DNA of 64,000 nt from Auanema rhodensis. Taxonomy: Eukaryota > Animalia > Nematoda. A program made the translations under genes and the position numbers. Under the pieces are notes generated by a model, which was given only the letters and a program-made list of their open reading frames with translations, had not been told where the DNA came from and ran no database searches. Location: contig OZ059895.1 in NCBI GenBank assembly GCA_964057225.1, positions 22,506,001 through 22,570,000 of the forward strand, read 5' to 3'. Positions 26,400 to 40,800 of the stretch are shown here, piece after piece; the first letter of the stretch is position 1; each line of letters opens with the position of its first letter.

Positions 26400-29300
26400 T
26401 GTAGTATAGTGCATTCGATGCGGATTTTTAAGCTGCGTCGATCTGTGTTATCAGATTTGCGCTAGCTTAAAAATGCACCGAGATATCAACTGATATAAGT
26501 TCACACTTATATCCTCGATTTTCACCCTGAAGAATTAATTTTTTCGTTGAATAACCTTGTCCATCGTCTTTGCCTTGAAAAACAAAATCTGAAAACATCT
26601 ACTTTTTGCTAAATTATTTTGAAATTTTTCGAAAAAATTTTTGTCAAAATGTTTTTGGAAGCAATGTTGAGTGTACATGGAAACTCAACATACACTAATG
26701 CATCATTTTTCAAACGATCATAACTAATTTTTGTATTAATCGTTTCTCAATGTAGTATAGTGCATTCGATGCGGATTTTTAAGCTGCGTCGATCTGTATT
26801 ATCAGATTTGCGCTAGCTTAAAAATGCACCGAGATATCAACTGATATAAGTTCACACTTATATCCTCGATTTTCACCCTGAAGAATTAATTTTTTCGTTG
26901 AATAACATTGTCCATCGTCTTTGCCTTGAAAAAAAAAATCTGAAAACATCTACTTTTTGCTAAATTATTTTGAAATTTTTCGAAAAAATTTTTGTCAAAA
27001 TGTTTTTGGAAGCAATGTTGAGTGTACATGGAAACTCAACATACACTAATGCATCATTTTTCAAACGATCATAACTAATTTTTGTATTGAGCGTTTCTCA
27101 ATGTTGTATAGTGCATTCGATGCGGATTTTTAAGCTGCGTCGATCTGTGTTATCAGATTTGCGCTAGCTTAAAAATGCACCGAGATATCAACTGATATAA
27201 GTTCACACTTATATCCTCGATTTTCACCCTAAAGAATTAATTTTTTCGTTGAATAACAATGTCCATCGTTTTTGCCTTGAAAAAAGGAATCTAAAAACAT
27301 CTACTTTTTGCTAAATTATTTTGAAATTTTTCGAAAAAATTTTTGTCAAAATGTTTTTGGAAGCAATGTTAGAGTGTACATGGAAACTCAACATACACTA
27401 ATGCATCATTTTTCAAACGATCATAACTAATTTTTGTTTTGAGCGTTTCTCAATGTAGTATAGTGCATTCGATGCGGATTTTTAAGCTGCGTCGATCTGT
27501 GTTATCAGATTTGCGCTAGCTTAAAAATGCACCGAGATATCAACTGATATAAGTTCACACTTATATCCTCGATTTTCACCCTGAAGAATTAATTTTTTCG
27601 TTGAATAACATTGTCCATCGTCTTTGCCTTGAAAAAAAAAATCTGAAAACATCTACTTTTTGCTAAATTATTTTGAAATTTTTGTCAAAATGTTTTTGGA
27701 AGCAATGTTGAGTGTACATGGAAACTCAACATACACTAATGCATCATTTTTCAAACGATCATAACTAATTTTTGTATTGAGCGTTTCTCAATGTTATATA
27801 GTGCATTCGATGCGGATTTTTAAGCTGCGTCGATCTGTGTTATCAGATTTGCGCTAGCTTAAAAATGCACCGAGATATCAACTGATATAAGTTCACACTT
27901 ATATCCTCGATTTTCACCCTGAAGAATTAATTTTTTCGTTGAATAACAATGTCCATCGTTTTTGCCTTGAAAAAAGGAATCTAAAAACATCTACTTTTTG
28001 CTAAATTATTTTGAAATTTTTCGAAAAAATTTTTGTCAAAATGTTTTTGGAAGCAATGTTAGAGTGTACATGGAAACTCAACATACACTAATGCATCATT
28101 TTTCAAACGATCATAACTAATTTTTGTATTGAGCGTTTCTCAATGTAGTATAGTGCATTCGATGCGGATTTTTAAGCTGCGTCGATCTGTGTTATCAGAT
28201 TTGCGCTAGCTTAAAAATGCACCGAGATATCAACTGATATAAGTGCACACTTATATCCTCGATTTTCACCCTGAAGAATTAATTTTTTCGTTGAATAACA
28301 TTGTCCATCGTCTTTGCCTTGAAAAAAAAAATCTGAAAACATCTACTTTTTGCTAAATTATTTTGAAATTTTTGGAAAAAATTTTTGTCAAAATGTTTTT
28401 GGAAGCAATGTTGAGTGTACATGGAAACTCAACATACACTAATGCATCATTTTTCAAACGATCATAACTAATTTTTGTATTGAGCGTTTCTCAATGTTAT
28501 ATAGTGCATTCGATGCGGATTTTTAAGCTGCGTCGATCTGTGTTATCAGATTTGCGCTAGCTTAAAAATGCACCGAGATATCAACTGATATAAGTTCACA
28601 CTTATATCCTCGATTTTCACCCTGAAGAATTAATTTTTTCGTTGAATAACCTTGTCCATCGTCTTTGCCTTGAAAAACAAAATCTGAAAACATCTACTTT
28701 TTGCTAAATTATTTTGAAATTTTTCGAAAAAATTTTTGTCAAAATGTTTTTGGAAGCAATGTTGAGTGTACATGGAAACTCAACATACACTAATGCATCA
28801 TTTTTCAAACGATCATAACTAATTTTTGTATTAATCGTTTCTCAATGTAGTATAGTGCATTCGATGCGGATTTTTAAGCTGCGTCGATCTGTATTATCAG
28901 ATTTGCGCTAGCTTAAAAATGCACCGAGATATCAACTGATATAAGTTCACACTTATATCCTCGATTTTCACCCTGAAGAATTAATTTTTTCGTTGAATAA
29001 CATTGTCCATCGTCTTTGCCTTGAAAAAAAAAATCTGAAAACATCTACTTTTTGCTAAATTATTTTGAAATTTTTCGAAAAAATTTTTGTCAAAATGTTT
29101 TTGGAAGCAATGTTGAGTGTACATGGAAACTCAACATACACTAATGCATCATTTTTCAAACGATCATAACTAATTTTTGTATTGAGCGTTTCTCAATGTT
29201 GTATAGTGCATTCGATGCGGATTTTTAAGCTGCGTCGATCTGTGTTATCAGATTTGCGCTAGCTTAAAAATGCACCGAGATATCAACTGATATAAGTTCA

Positions 29301-30730
29301 CACTTATATCCTCGATTTTCACCCTAAAGAATTAATTTTTTCGTTGAATAACAATGTCCATCGTTTTTGCCTTGAAAAAAGGAATCTAAAAACATCTACT
29401 TTTTGCTAAATTATTTTGAAATTTTTCGAAAAAATTTTTGTCAAAATGTTTTTGGAAGCAATGTTAGAGTGTACATGGAAACTCAACATACACTAATGCA
29501 TCATTTTTCAAACGATCATAACTAATTTTTGTTTTGAGCGTTTCTCAATGTAGTATAGTGCATTCGATGCGGATTTTTAAGCTGCGTCGATCTGTGTTAT
29601 CAGATTTGCGCTAGCTTAAAAATGCACCGAGATATCAACTGATATAAGTTCACACTTATATCCTCGATTTTCACCCTGAAGAATTAATTTTTTCGTTGAA
29701 TAACATTGTCCATCGTCTTTGCCTTGAAAAAAAAAATCTGAAAACATCTACTTTTTGCTAAATTATTTTGAAATTTTTGTCAAAATGTTTTTGGAAGCAA
29801 TGTTGAGTGTACATGGAAACTCAACATACACTAATGCATCATTTTTCAAACGATCATAACTAATTTTTGTATTGAGCGTTTCTCAATGTTATATAGTGCA
29901 TTCGATGCGGATTTTTAAGCTGCGTCGATCTGTGTTATCAGATTTGCGCTAGCTTAAAAATGCACCGAGATATCAACTGATATAAGTTCACACTTATATC
30001 CTCGATTTTCACCCTGAAGAATTAATTTTTTCGTTGAATAACAATGTCCATCGTTTTTGCCTTGAAAAAAGGAATCTAAAAACATCTACTTTTTGCTAAA
30101 TTATTTTGAAATTTTTCGAAAAAATTTTTGTCAAAATGTTTTTGGAAGCAATGTTAGAGTGTACATGGAAACTCAACATACACTAATGCATCATTTTTCA
30201 AACGATCATAACTAATTTTTGTATTGAGCGTTTCTCAATGTAGTATAGTGCATTCGATGCGGATTTTTAAGCTGCGTCGATCTGTGTTATCAGATTTGCG
30301 CTAGCTTAAAAATGCACCGAGATATCAACTGATATAAGTGCACACTTATATCCTCGATTTTCACCCTGAAGAATTAATTTTTTCGTTGAATAACATTGTC
30401 CATCGTCTTTGCCTTGAAAAAAAAAATCTGAAAACATCTACTTTTTGCTAAATTATTTTGAAATTTTTGGAAAAAATTTTTGTCAAAATGTTTTTGGAAG
30501 CAATGTTGAGTGTACATGGAAACTCAACATACACTAATGCATCATTTTTCAAACGATCATAACTAATTTTTGTATTGAGCGTTTCTCAATGTTATATAGT
30601 GCATTCGATGCGGATTTTTAAGCTGCGTCGATCTGTGTTATCAGATTTGCGCTAGCTTAAAAATGCACCGAGATATCAACTGATATAAGTTCACACTTAT
30701 ATCCTCGATTTTCACCCTGAAGAATTAATT
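26400..30730. repeat. Tandem 6-monomer (2095-bp) duplication in the 351-bp array
   Basis: The AAAAACAAAA marker C is at 26583 and 28678, and the 13-bp-deletion monomers are at 27675 and 29770 (both offset 2095). Ends are approximate. Confidence 0.85.
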
Positions 30731-31829
30731 TTTTCGTTGAATAACAATGTCCATCGTTTTTGCCTTGAAAAAAGGAATCTAAAAACATCTACTTTTTGCT
30801 AAATTATTTTGAAATTTTTCGAAAAAATTTTTGTCAAAATGTTTTTGGAAGCAATGTTAGAGTGTACATGGAAACTCAACATACACTAATGCATCATTTT
30901 TCAAACGATCATAACTAATTTTTGTATTGAGCGTTTCTCAATGTAGTATAGTGCATTCGATGCGGATTTTTAAGCTGCGTCGATCTGTGTTATCAGATTT
31001 GCGCTAGCTTAAAAATGCACCGAGATTCAACTGATATAAGTGCACACTTATATCCTCGATTTTCACCCTGAAGAATTAATTTTTTCGTTGAATAACATTG
31101 TCCATCGTCTTTGCCTTGAAAAAAAGAATCTGAAAACATCTACTTTTTGCTAAATTATCTTGAAATTTTTCGAAAAAATTTTTGTCAAAATGTTTTTGGA
31201 AGCAATGTTGAGTGTACATGGAAACTCAACATACACTAATGCATCATTTTTCAAACGATCATAACTAATTTTTGTACTAAGCGTTTCTCAATGTAGTATA
31301 GTGCATTCGATGCGGATTTTTAAGCTGCGTCGATCTGTGTTATCAGATTTGCGCTAGCTTAAAAATGCACCAAGATATCAACTGATATAAGTTCACACTT
31401 ATATCCTCGATTTTCACCCTGAAGAATTAATTTTTTCGTTGAATAACAATTTCCATCGTCTTTGTCTTGAAAAAAGGAATCTAAAAACATATACTTTTTG
31501 CTAAATTATTTTGAAATTTTTCGAAAAAAGTTTTGTCAAAATGTTTTTGGAAGCAATGTTGAGTGTACATGGAAACTCAACATACACTAATGCATCATTT
31601 TTCAAACGATCATAACTAATTTTTGTATTGAGCGTTTCTCAATGTAGTATAGTGCATTCGATGCGGATTTTTAAGCTGCGTCGATCTGTGTTATCAGATT
31701 TGCGCTAGCTTAAAAATGCACCGAGATATCAACTGATATAAGTTCACACTTATATCCTCGATTTTCACCCTGAAGAATTAATTTTTTCGTTGAATAACCT
31801 TGTCCATCGTCTTTGCCTTGAAAAACAAA

Positions 31830-34800
31830 ATCTGAAAACATCTACTTTTTGCTAAATTATTTTGAAATTTTTCGAAAAAATTTTTGTCAAAATGTTTTTG
31901 GAAGCAATGTTGAGTGTACATGGAAACTCAACATACACTAATGCATCATTTTTCAAACGATCATAACTAATTTTTGTATTAATCGTTTCTCAATGTAGTA
32001 TAGTGCATTCGATGCGGATTTTTAAGCTGCGTCGATCTGTATTATCAGATTTGCGCTAGCTTAAAAATGCACCGAGATATCAACTGATATAAGTTCACAC
32101 TTATATCCTCGATTTTCACCCTGAAGAATTAATTTTTTCGTTGAATAACATTGTCCATCGTCTTTGCCTTGAAGAAAGAATCTGAAAACATCTACTTTTT
32201 GCTAAATTATTTTGAAATTTTTCGAAAAAATTTTTGTCAAAATGTTTTTGGAAGCAATGTTGAGTGTACATGGAAACTCAACATACACTAATGCATCATT
32301 TTTCAAACGATCATAACTAATTTTTGTATTGAGCGTTTCTCAATGTAGTATAGTGCATTCGATGCGAATTTTTAAGCTGCGTCGATCTGTGTTATCAGAT
32401 TTGCGCTAGCTTGAAAATGCACCGAGATATCAACTGATATAAGTTCACACTTATATCCTCGATTTTCACCCTGAAGAATTAATTTTTTCGTTGAATAACA
32501 TTGTCCATCGTCTTTGCCTTGAAAAAAGGAATCTAAAAACATCTACTTTTTGCTAAATTTTTTTGAAATTTTTCGAAAAAATTTTTGTCAAAATGTTTTT
32601 GGAAGCAATGTTGAGTGTACATGGAAACTCAACATACACTAATGCATCATTTTTCAAACGATCATAACTAATTTTTGTATTAAGCGTTTCTCAATGTAGT
32701 ATAGTGCATTCGATGCGGATTTTTGAGCTGCGTCGATCTGTGTTATCAGATTTGCGCTAGCTTGAAAATGCACCGAGATATCAATTGATATAAGTTCACA
32801 CTTATATCCTCGATTTTCACCCTGAAGAATCAATTTTTTCGTTGAATAACATTGTCCATCGTCTTTGCCTTGAAAAAAGGAATCTAAAAACATATACTTT
32901 TTGCTAAATTATTCTGAAATTTTTCGAAAAAATTTTTGTCAAAATGTTTTTGGAAGCAATGTTGAGTGTACATGGAAACTCAACATACACTAATGCATCA
33001 TTTTGCAAACGATCATAACTAATTTCTGTATTGAGCGTTTCTCAATGTAGTATAGTGCATTCGATGCGGATTTTTAAGCTGCGTCGATCTGTGTTTTCAG
33101 ATTTGCGCTAGCTTAAAAATGCACCGAGATATCAACTTATATAAGTTCACACTTACATCCTCGATTTTCACCCTGAAGAATTAATTTTTCCGTTGAATAA
33201 CATTGTCCATCGTCTTTGCCTTGAAAAAAAAATCTGAAAACATCTACTTTTTGCTAAATTATTTTGAAATTTTTCGAAAAAATTTTTGTCAAAATGTTTT
33301 TGGAAGCAATGTTGAGTGTACATGGAAACTCAACATACACTAATGCATCATTTTGCAAACGATCATAACTAATTTCTGTATTGAGCGTTTCTCAATGTAG
33401 TATAGTGCATTCGATGCGGATTTTTAAGCTGCGTCGATCTGTGTTTTCAGATTTGCGCTAGCTTAAAAATGCACCGAGATATCAACTTATATAAGTTCAC
33501 ACTTACATCCTCGATTTTCACCCTGAAGAATTAATTTTTCCGTTGAATAACATTGTCCATCGTCTTTGCCTTGAAAAAAAAAATCTGAAAACATCTACTT
33601 TTTGCTAAATTATTTTGAAATTTTTCGAAAAAATTTTTGTCAAAATGTTTTTGGAAGCATTGTTGAGTGTACATGGAAACTCAACATACACTAATGCATC
33701 ATTTTTCAAACGATTATAACTAATTTTTGTAATAAGCGTTTCTCAATGTAGTATAGTGCATTCGATGCGGATTTTTAAGCTGCGTCGATCTGTGTTTTCA
33801 GATTTGCGCTAGCTTAAAAATGCACCGAGATATCAACTTATATAAGTTCACACTTACATCCTCGATTTTCACCCTGAAGAATTAATTTTTCCGTTGAATA
33901 ACATTGTCCATCGTCTTTGCCTTGAAAAAAAAAATCTGAAAACATCTACTTTTTGCTAAATTATTTTGAAATTTTTCGAAAAAATTTTTGTCAAAATGTT
34001 TTTGGAAGCAATGTTGAGTGTACATGGAAACTCAACATACACTAATGCATCATTTTTCAAACGATCATAACTAATTTTTGTATTAAGCGTTTCTCAATGT
34101 AGTATAGTGCATTCGATGCGGATTTTTAAGCTGCGTCGATCTGTGTTATCAGATTTGCGCTAGCTTAAAAATGCACCGAGATATCAACTGATATAAGTTC
34201 ACACTTATATCCTCGATTTTCACCCTGAAGAATTAATTTTTTCGTTGAATAACAATGTCCATCGTCTTTGTCTTGAAAAAAGGAATCTAAAAACATATAC
34301 TTTTTGCTAAATTATTTTGAAATTTTTCGAAAAAATTTTTGTCAAAATGTTTTTGGAAGCAATGTTGAGTGTACATGGAAACTCAACATACACTAATGCA
34401 TCATTTTTCAAACGATCATAACTAATTTTTGTATTGAGCGTTTCTCAATGTAGTATAGTGCATTCGATGCGAATTTTTAAGCTGCGTCGATCTGTGTTAT
34501 CAGATTTGCGCTAGCTTGAAAATGCACCGAGATATCAACTGATATAAGTTCACACTTATATCCTCGATTTTCACCCTGAAGAATTAATTTTTTCGTTGAA
34601 TAACATTGTCCATCGTCTTTGCCTTAAAAAAAGGAATCTAAAAACATCTACTTTTTGCTAAATTTTTTTGAAATTTTTCGAAAAAATTTTTGTCAAAATG
34701 TTTTTGGAAGCAATGTTGAGTGTACATGGAAACTCAACATACACTAATGCATCATTTTTCAAACGATCATAACTAATTTTTGTATTAAGCGTTTCTCAAT

Positions 34801-37800
34801 GTAGTATAGTGCATTCGATGCGGATTTTTGAGCTGCGTCGATCTGTGTTATCAGATTTGCGCTAGCTTGAAAATGCACCGAGATATCAACTGATATAAGT
34901 TCACACTTATATCCTCGATTTTCACCCTGAAGAATTAATTTTTTCGTTGAATAACATTGTCCATCGTCTTTGCCTTGAAAAAAGGAATCTAAAAACATAT
35001 ACTTTTTGCTAAATTATTCTGAAATTTTTCGAAAAAATTTTTGTCAAAATGTTTTTGGAAGCAATGTTGAGTGTACATGGAAACTCAACATACACTAATG
35101 CATCATTTTTCAAACGATCATAACTAATTTTTGTATTAAGCGTTTCTCAATGTAGTATAGTGCATTCGATGCGGATTTTTGAGCTGCGTCGATCTGTTTT
35201 ATCAGATTTGCGCTAGCTTAAAAATGCACCGAGATATCAACTTATATAAGTTCACACTTACATCCTCGATTTTCACCCTGAAGAATTAATTTTTCCGTTG
35301 AATAACATTGTCCATCGTCTTTGCCTTGAAAAAAAAAATCTGAAAACATCTACTTTTTGCTAAATTATTTTGAAATTTTTCGAAAAAATTTTTGTCAAAA
35401 TGTTTTTGGAAGCAATGTTGAGTGTACATGGAAACTCAACATACACTAATGCATCATTTTTCAAACGATCATAACTAATTTTTGTATTGAGCGTTTCTCA
35501 ATGTAGTATAGTGCATTCGATGCGAATTTTTAAGCTGCGTCGATCTGTGTTATCAGATTTGCGCTAGCTTAAAAATGCACCGAGATATCAACTGATATAA
35601 GTTCACACTTATATCCTCGATTTTCACCCTGAAGAATTAATTTTTTCGTTGAATAACAATGTCCATCGTCTTTGTCTTGAAAAAAGGAATCTAAAAACAT
35701 ATACTTTTTGTTAAATTATTTTGAAATTTTTCGAAAAAAGTTTTGTCAAAATGTTTTTGGAAGCAATGTTGAGTGTACATGGAAACTCAACATACACTAA
35801 TGCATCATTTTTCAAACGATCATAACTAATTTTTGTATTGAGCGTTTCTCAATGTAGTATAGTGCATTCGATGCGGATTTTTAAGCTGCGTCGATCTGTG
35901 TTATCAGATTTGCGCTAGCTTAAAAATGCACCGAGATATCAACTGATATAAGTTCACACTTATATCCTCGATTTTCACCCTGAAGAATTAATTTTTTCGT
36001 TGAATAACCTTGTCCATCGTCTTTGCCTTGAAAAAAAAAATCTGAAAACATCTACTTTTTGCTAAATTATTTTGAAATTTTTCGAAAAAATTTTTGTCAA
36101 AATGTTTTTGGAAGCAATGTTGAGTGTACATGGAAACTCAACATACACTAATGCATCATTTTTCAAACGATCATAACTAATTTCTGTATTGAGCGTTTCT
36201 CAATGTAGTATAGTGCATTCGATGCGGATTTTTAAGCTGCGTCGATCTGTATTATCAGATTTGCGCTAGCTTAAAAATGCACCGAGATATCAACTGATAT
36301 AAGTTCACACTTATATCCTCGATTTTCACCCTGAAGAATTAATTTTTTCGTTGAATAACATTGTCCATCGTCTTTGCCTTGAAGAAAGAATCTGAAAACA
36401 TCTACTTTTTGCTAAATTATTTTGAAATTTTTCGAAAAAATTTTTGTCAAAATGTTTTTGGAAGCAATGTTGAGTGTACATGGAAACTCAACATACACTA
36501 ATGCATCATTTTTCAAACGATCATAACTAATTTTTGTATTGAGCGTTTCTCAATGTAGTATAGTGCATTCGATGCGGATTTTTAAGCTGCGTCGATCTGT
36601 GTTATCAGATTTGCGCTAGCTTAAAAATGCACCGAGATATCAACTGATATAAGTTCACACTTATATCCTCGATTTTCACCCTGAAGAATTAATTTTTTCG
36701 TTGAATAACCTTGTCCATCGTCTTTGCCTTGAAAAAAAAAATCTGAAAACATCTACTTTTTGCTAAATTATTTTGAAATTTTTCGAAAAAATTTTTGTCA
36801 AAATGTTTTTGGAAGCAATGTTGAGTGTACATGGAAACTCAACATACACTAATGCATCATTTTTCAAACGATCATAACTAATTTTTGTATTAATCGTTTC
36901 TCAATGTAGTATAGTGCATTCGATGCGGATTTTTAAGCTGCGTCGATCTGTATTATCAGATTTGCGCTAGCTTAAAAATGCACCGAGATATCAACTGATA
37001 TAAGTTCACACTTATATCCTCGATTTTCACCCTGAAGAATTAATTTTTTCGTTGAATAACCTTGTCCATCGTCTTTGCCTTGAAAAAAAAAATCTGAAAA
37101 CATCTACTTTTTGCTAAATTATTTTGAAATTTTTCGAAAAAATTTTTGTCAAAATGTTTTTGGAAGCAATGTTGAGTGTACATGGAAACTCAACATACAC
37201 TAATGCATCATTTTTCAAACGATCATAACTAATTTTTGTATTAATCGTTTCTCAATGTAGTATAGTGCATTCGATGCGGATTTTTAAGCTGCGTCGATCT
37301 GTATTATCAGATTTGCGCTAGCTTAAAAATGCACCGAGATATCAACTGATATAAGTTCACACTTATATCCTCGATTTTCACCCTGAAGAATTAATTTTTT
37401 CGTTGAATAACATTGTCCATCGTCTTTGCCTTGAAGAAAGAATCTGAAAACATCTACTTTTTGCTAAATTATTTTGAAATTTTTCGAAAAAATTTTTGTC
37501 AAAATGTTTTTGGAAGCAATGTTGAGTGTACATGGAAACTCAACATACACTAATGCATCATTTTTCAAACGATCATAACTAATTTTTGTATTGAGCGTTT
37601 CTCAATGTAGTATAGTGCATTCGATGCGAATTTTTAAGCTGCGTCGATCTGTGTTATCAGATTTGCGCTAGCTTGAAAATGCACCGAGATATCAACTGAT
37701 ATAAGTTCACACTTATATCCTCGATTTTCACCCTGAAGAATTAATTTTTTCGTTGAATAACATTGTCCATCGTCTTTGCCTTGAAAAAAGGAATCTAAAA

Positions 37801-40800
37801 ACATCTACTTTTTGCTAAATTTTTTTGAAATTTTTCGAAAAAATTTTTGTCAAAATGTTTTTGGAAGCAATGTTGAGTGTACATGGAAACTCAACATACA
37901 CTAATGCATCATTTTTCAAACGATCATAACTAATTTTTGTATTAAGCGTTTCTCAATGTAGTATAGTGCATTCGATGCGGATTTTTGAGCTGCGTCGATC
38001 TGTGTTATCAGATTTGCGCTAGCTTGAAAATGCACCGAGATATCAATTGATATAAGTTCACACTTATATCCTCGATTTTCACCCTGAAGAATCAATTTTT
38101 TCGTTGAATAACATTGTCCATCGTCTTTGCCTTGAAAAAAGGAATCTAAAAACATATACTTTTTGCTAAATTATTCTGAAATTTTTCGAAAAAATTTTTG
38201 TCAAAATGTTTTTGGAAGCAATGTTGAGTGTACATGGAAACTCAACATACACTAATGCATCATTTTGCAAACGATCATAACTAATTTCTGTATTGAGCGT
38301 TTCTCAATGTAGTATAGTGCATTCGATGCGGATTTTTAAGCTGCGTCGATCTGTGTTTTCAGATTTGCGCTAGCTTAAAAATGCACCGAGATATCAACTG
38401 ATATAAGTTCACACTTACATCCTCGATTTTCACCCTGAAGAATTAATTTTTCCGTTGAATAACATTGTCCATCGTCTTTGCCTTGAAAAAAAAATCTGAA
38501 AACATCTACTTTTTGCTAAATTATTTTGAAATTTTTCGAAAAAATTTTTGTCAAAATGTTTTTGGAAGCAATGTTGAGTGTACATGGAAACTCAACATAC
38601 ACTAATGCATCATTTTGCAAACGATCATAACTAATTTCTGTATTGAGCGTTTCTCAATGTAGTATAGTGCATTCGATGCGGATTTTTAAGCTGCGTCGAT
38701 CTGTGTTTTCAGATTTGCGCTAGCTTAAAAATGCACCGAGATATCAACTTATATAAGTTCACACTTACATCCTCGATTTTCACCCTGAAGAATTAATTTT
38801 TCCGTTGAATAACATTGTCCATCGTCTTTGCCTTGAAAAAAAAAATCTGAAAACATCTACTTTTTGCTAAATTATTTTGAAATTTTTCGAAAAAATTTTT
38901 GTCAAAATGTTTTTGGAAGCATTGTTGAGTGTACATGGAAACTCAACATACACTAATGCATCATTTTTCAAACGATTATAACTAATTTTTGTAATAAGCG
39001 TTTCTCAATGTAGTATAGTGCATTCGATGCGGATTTTTAAGCTGCGTCGATCTGTGTTTTCAGATTTGCGCTAGCTTAAAAATGCACCGAGATATCAACT
39101 TATATAAGTTCACACTTACATCCTCGATTTTCACCCTGAAGAATTAATTTTTCCGTTGAATAACATTGTCCATCGTCTTTGCCTTGAAAAAAAAAATCTG
39201 AAAACATCTACTTTTTGCTAAATTATTTTGAAATTTTTCGAAAAAATTTTTGTCAAAATGTTTTTGGAAGCAATGTTGAGTGTACATGGAAACTCAACAT
39301 ACACTAATGCATCATTTTTCAAACGATCATAACTAATTTTTGTATTAAGCGTTTCTCAATGTAGTATAGTGCATTCGATGCGGATTTTTAAGCTGCGTCG
39401 ATCTGTGTTATCAGATTTGCGCTAGCTTAAAAATGCACCGAGATATCAACTGATATAAGTTCACACTTATATCCTCGATTTTCACCCTGAAGAATTAATT
39501 TTTTCGTTGAATAACAATGTCCATCGTCTTTGTCTTGAAAAAAGGAATCTAAAAACATATACTTTTTGCTAAATTATTTTGAAATTTTTCGAAAAAATTT
39601 TTGTCAAAATGTTTTTGGAAGCAATGTTGAGTGTACATGGAAACTCAACATACACTAATGCATCATTTTTCAAACGATCATAACTAATTTTTGTATTGAG
39701 CGTTTCTCAATGTAGTATAGTGCATTCGATGCGAATTTTTAAGCTGCGTCGATCTGTGTTATCAGATTTGCGCTAGCTTGAAAATGCACCGAGATATCAA
39801 CTGATATAAGTTCACACTTATATCCTCGATTTTCACCCTGAAGAATTAATTTTTTCGTTGAATAACATTGTCCATCGTCTTTGCCTTAAAAAAAGGAATC
39901 TAAAAACATCTACTTTTTGCTAAATTTTTTTGAAATTTTTCGAAAAAATTTTTGTCAAAATGTTTTTGGAAGCAATGTTGAGTGTACATGGAAACTCAAC
40001 ATACACTAATGCATCATTTTTCAAACGATCATAACTAATTTTTGTATTAAGCGTTTCTCAATGTAGTATAGTGCATTCGATGCGGATTTTTGAGCTGCGT
40101 CGATCTGTGTTATCAGATTTGCGCTAGCTTGAAAATGCACCGAGATATCAACTGATATAAGTTCACACTTATATCCTCGATTTTCACCCTGAAGAATTAA
40201 TTTTTTCGTTGAATAACATTGTCCATCGTCTTTGCCTTGAAAAAAGGAATCTAAAAACATATACTTTTTGCTAAATTATTCTGAAATTTTTCGAAAAAAT
40301 TTTTGTCAAAATGTTTTTGGAAGCAATGTTGAGTGTACATGGAAACTCAACATACACTAATGCATCATTTTTCAAACGATCATAACTAATTTTTGTATTA
40401 AGCGTTTCTCAATGTAGTATAGTGCATTCGATGCGGATTTTTGAGCTGCGTCGATCTGTTTTATCAGATTTGCGCTAGCTTAAAAATGCACCGAGATATC
40501 AACTTATATAAGTTCACACTTACATCCTCGATTTTCACCCTGAAGAATTAATTTTTCCGTTGAATAACATTGTCCATCGTCTTTGCCTTGAAAAAAAAAA
40601 TCTGAAAACATCTACTTTTTGCTAAATTATTTTGAAATTTTTCGAAAAAATTTTTGTCAAAATGTTTTTGGAAGCAATGTTGAGTGTACATGGAAACTCA
40701 ACATACACTAATGCATCATTTTTCAAACGATCATAACTAATTTTTGTATTGAGCGTTTCTCAATGTAGTATAGTGCATTCGATGCGAATTTTTAAGCTGC

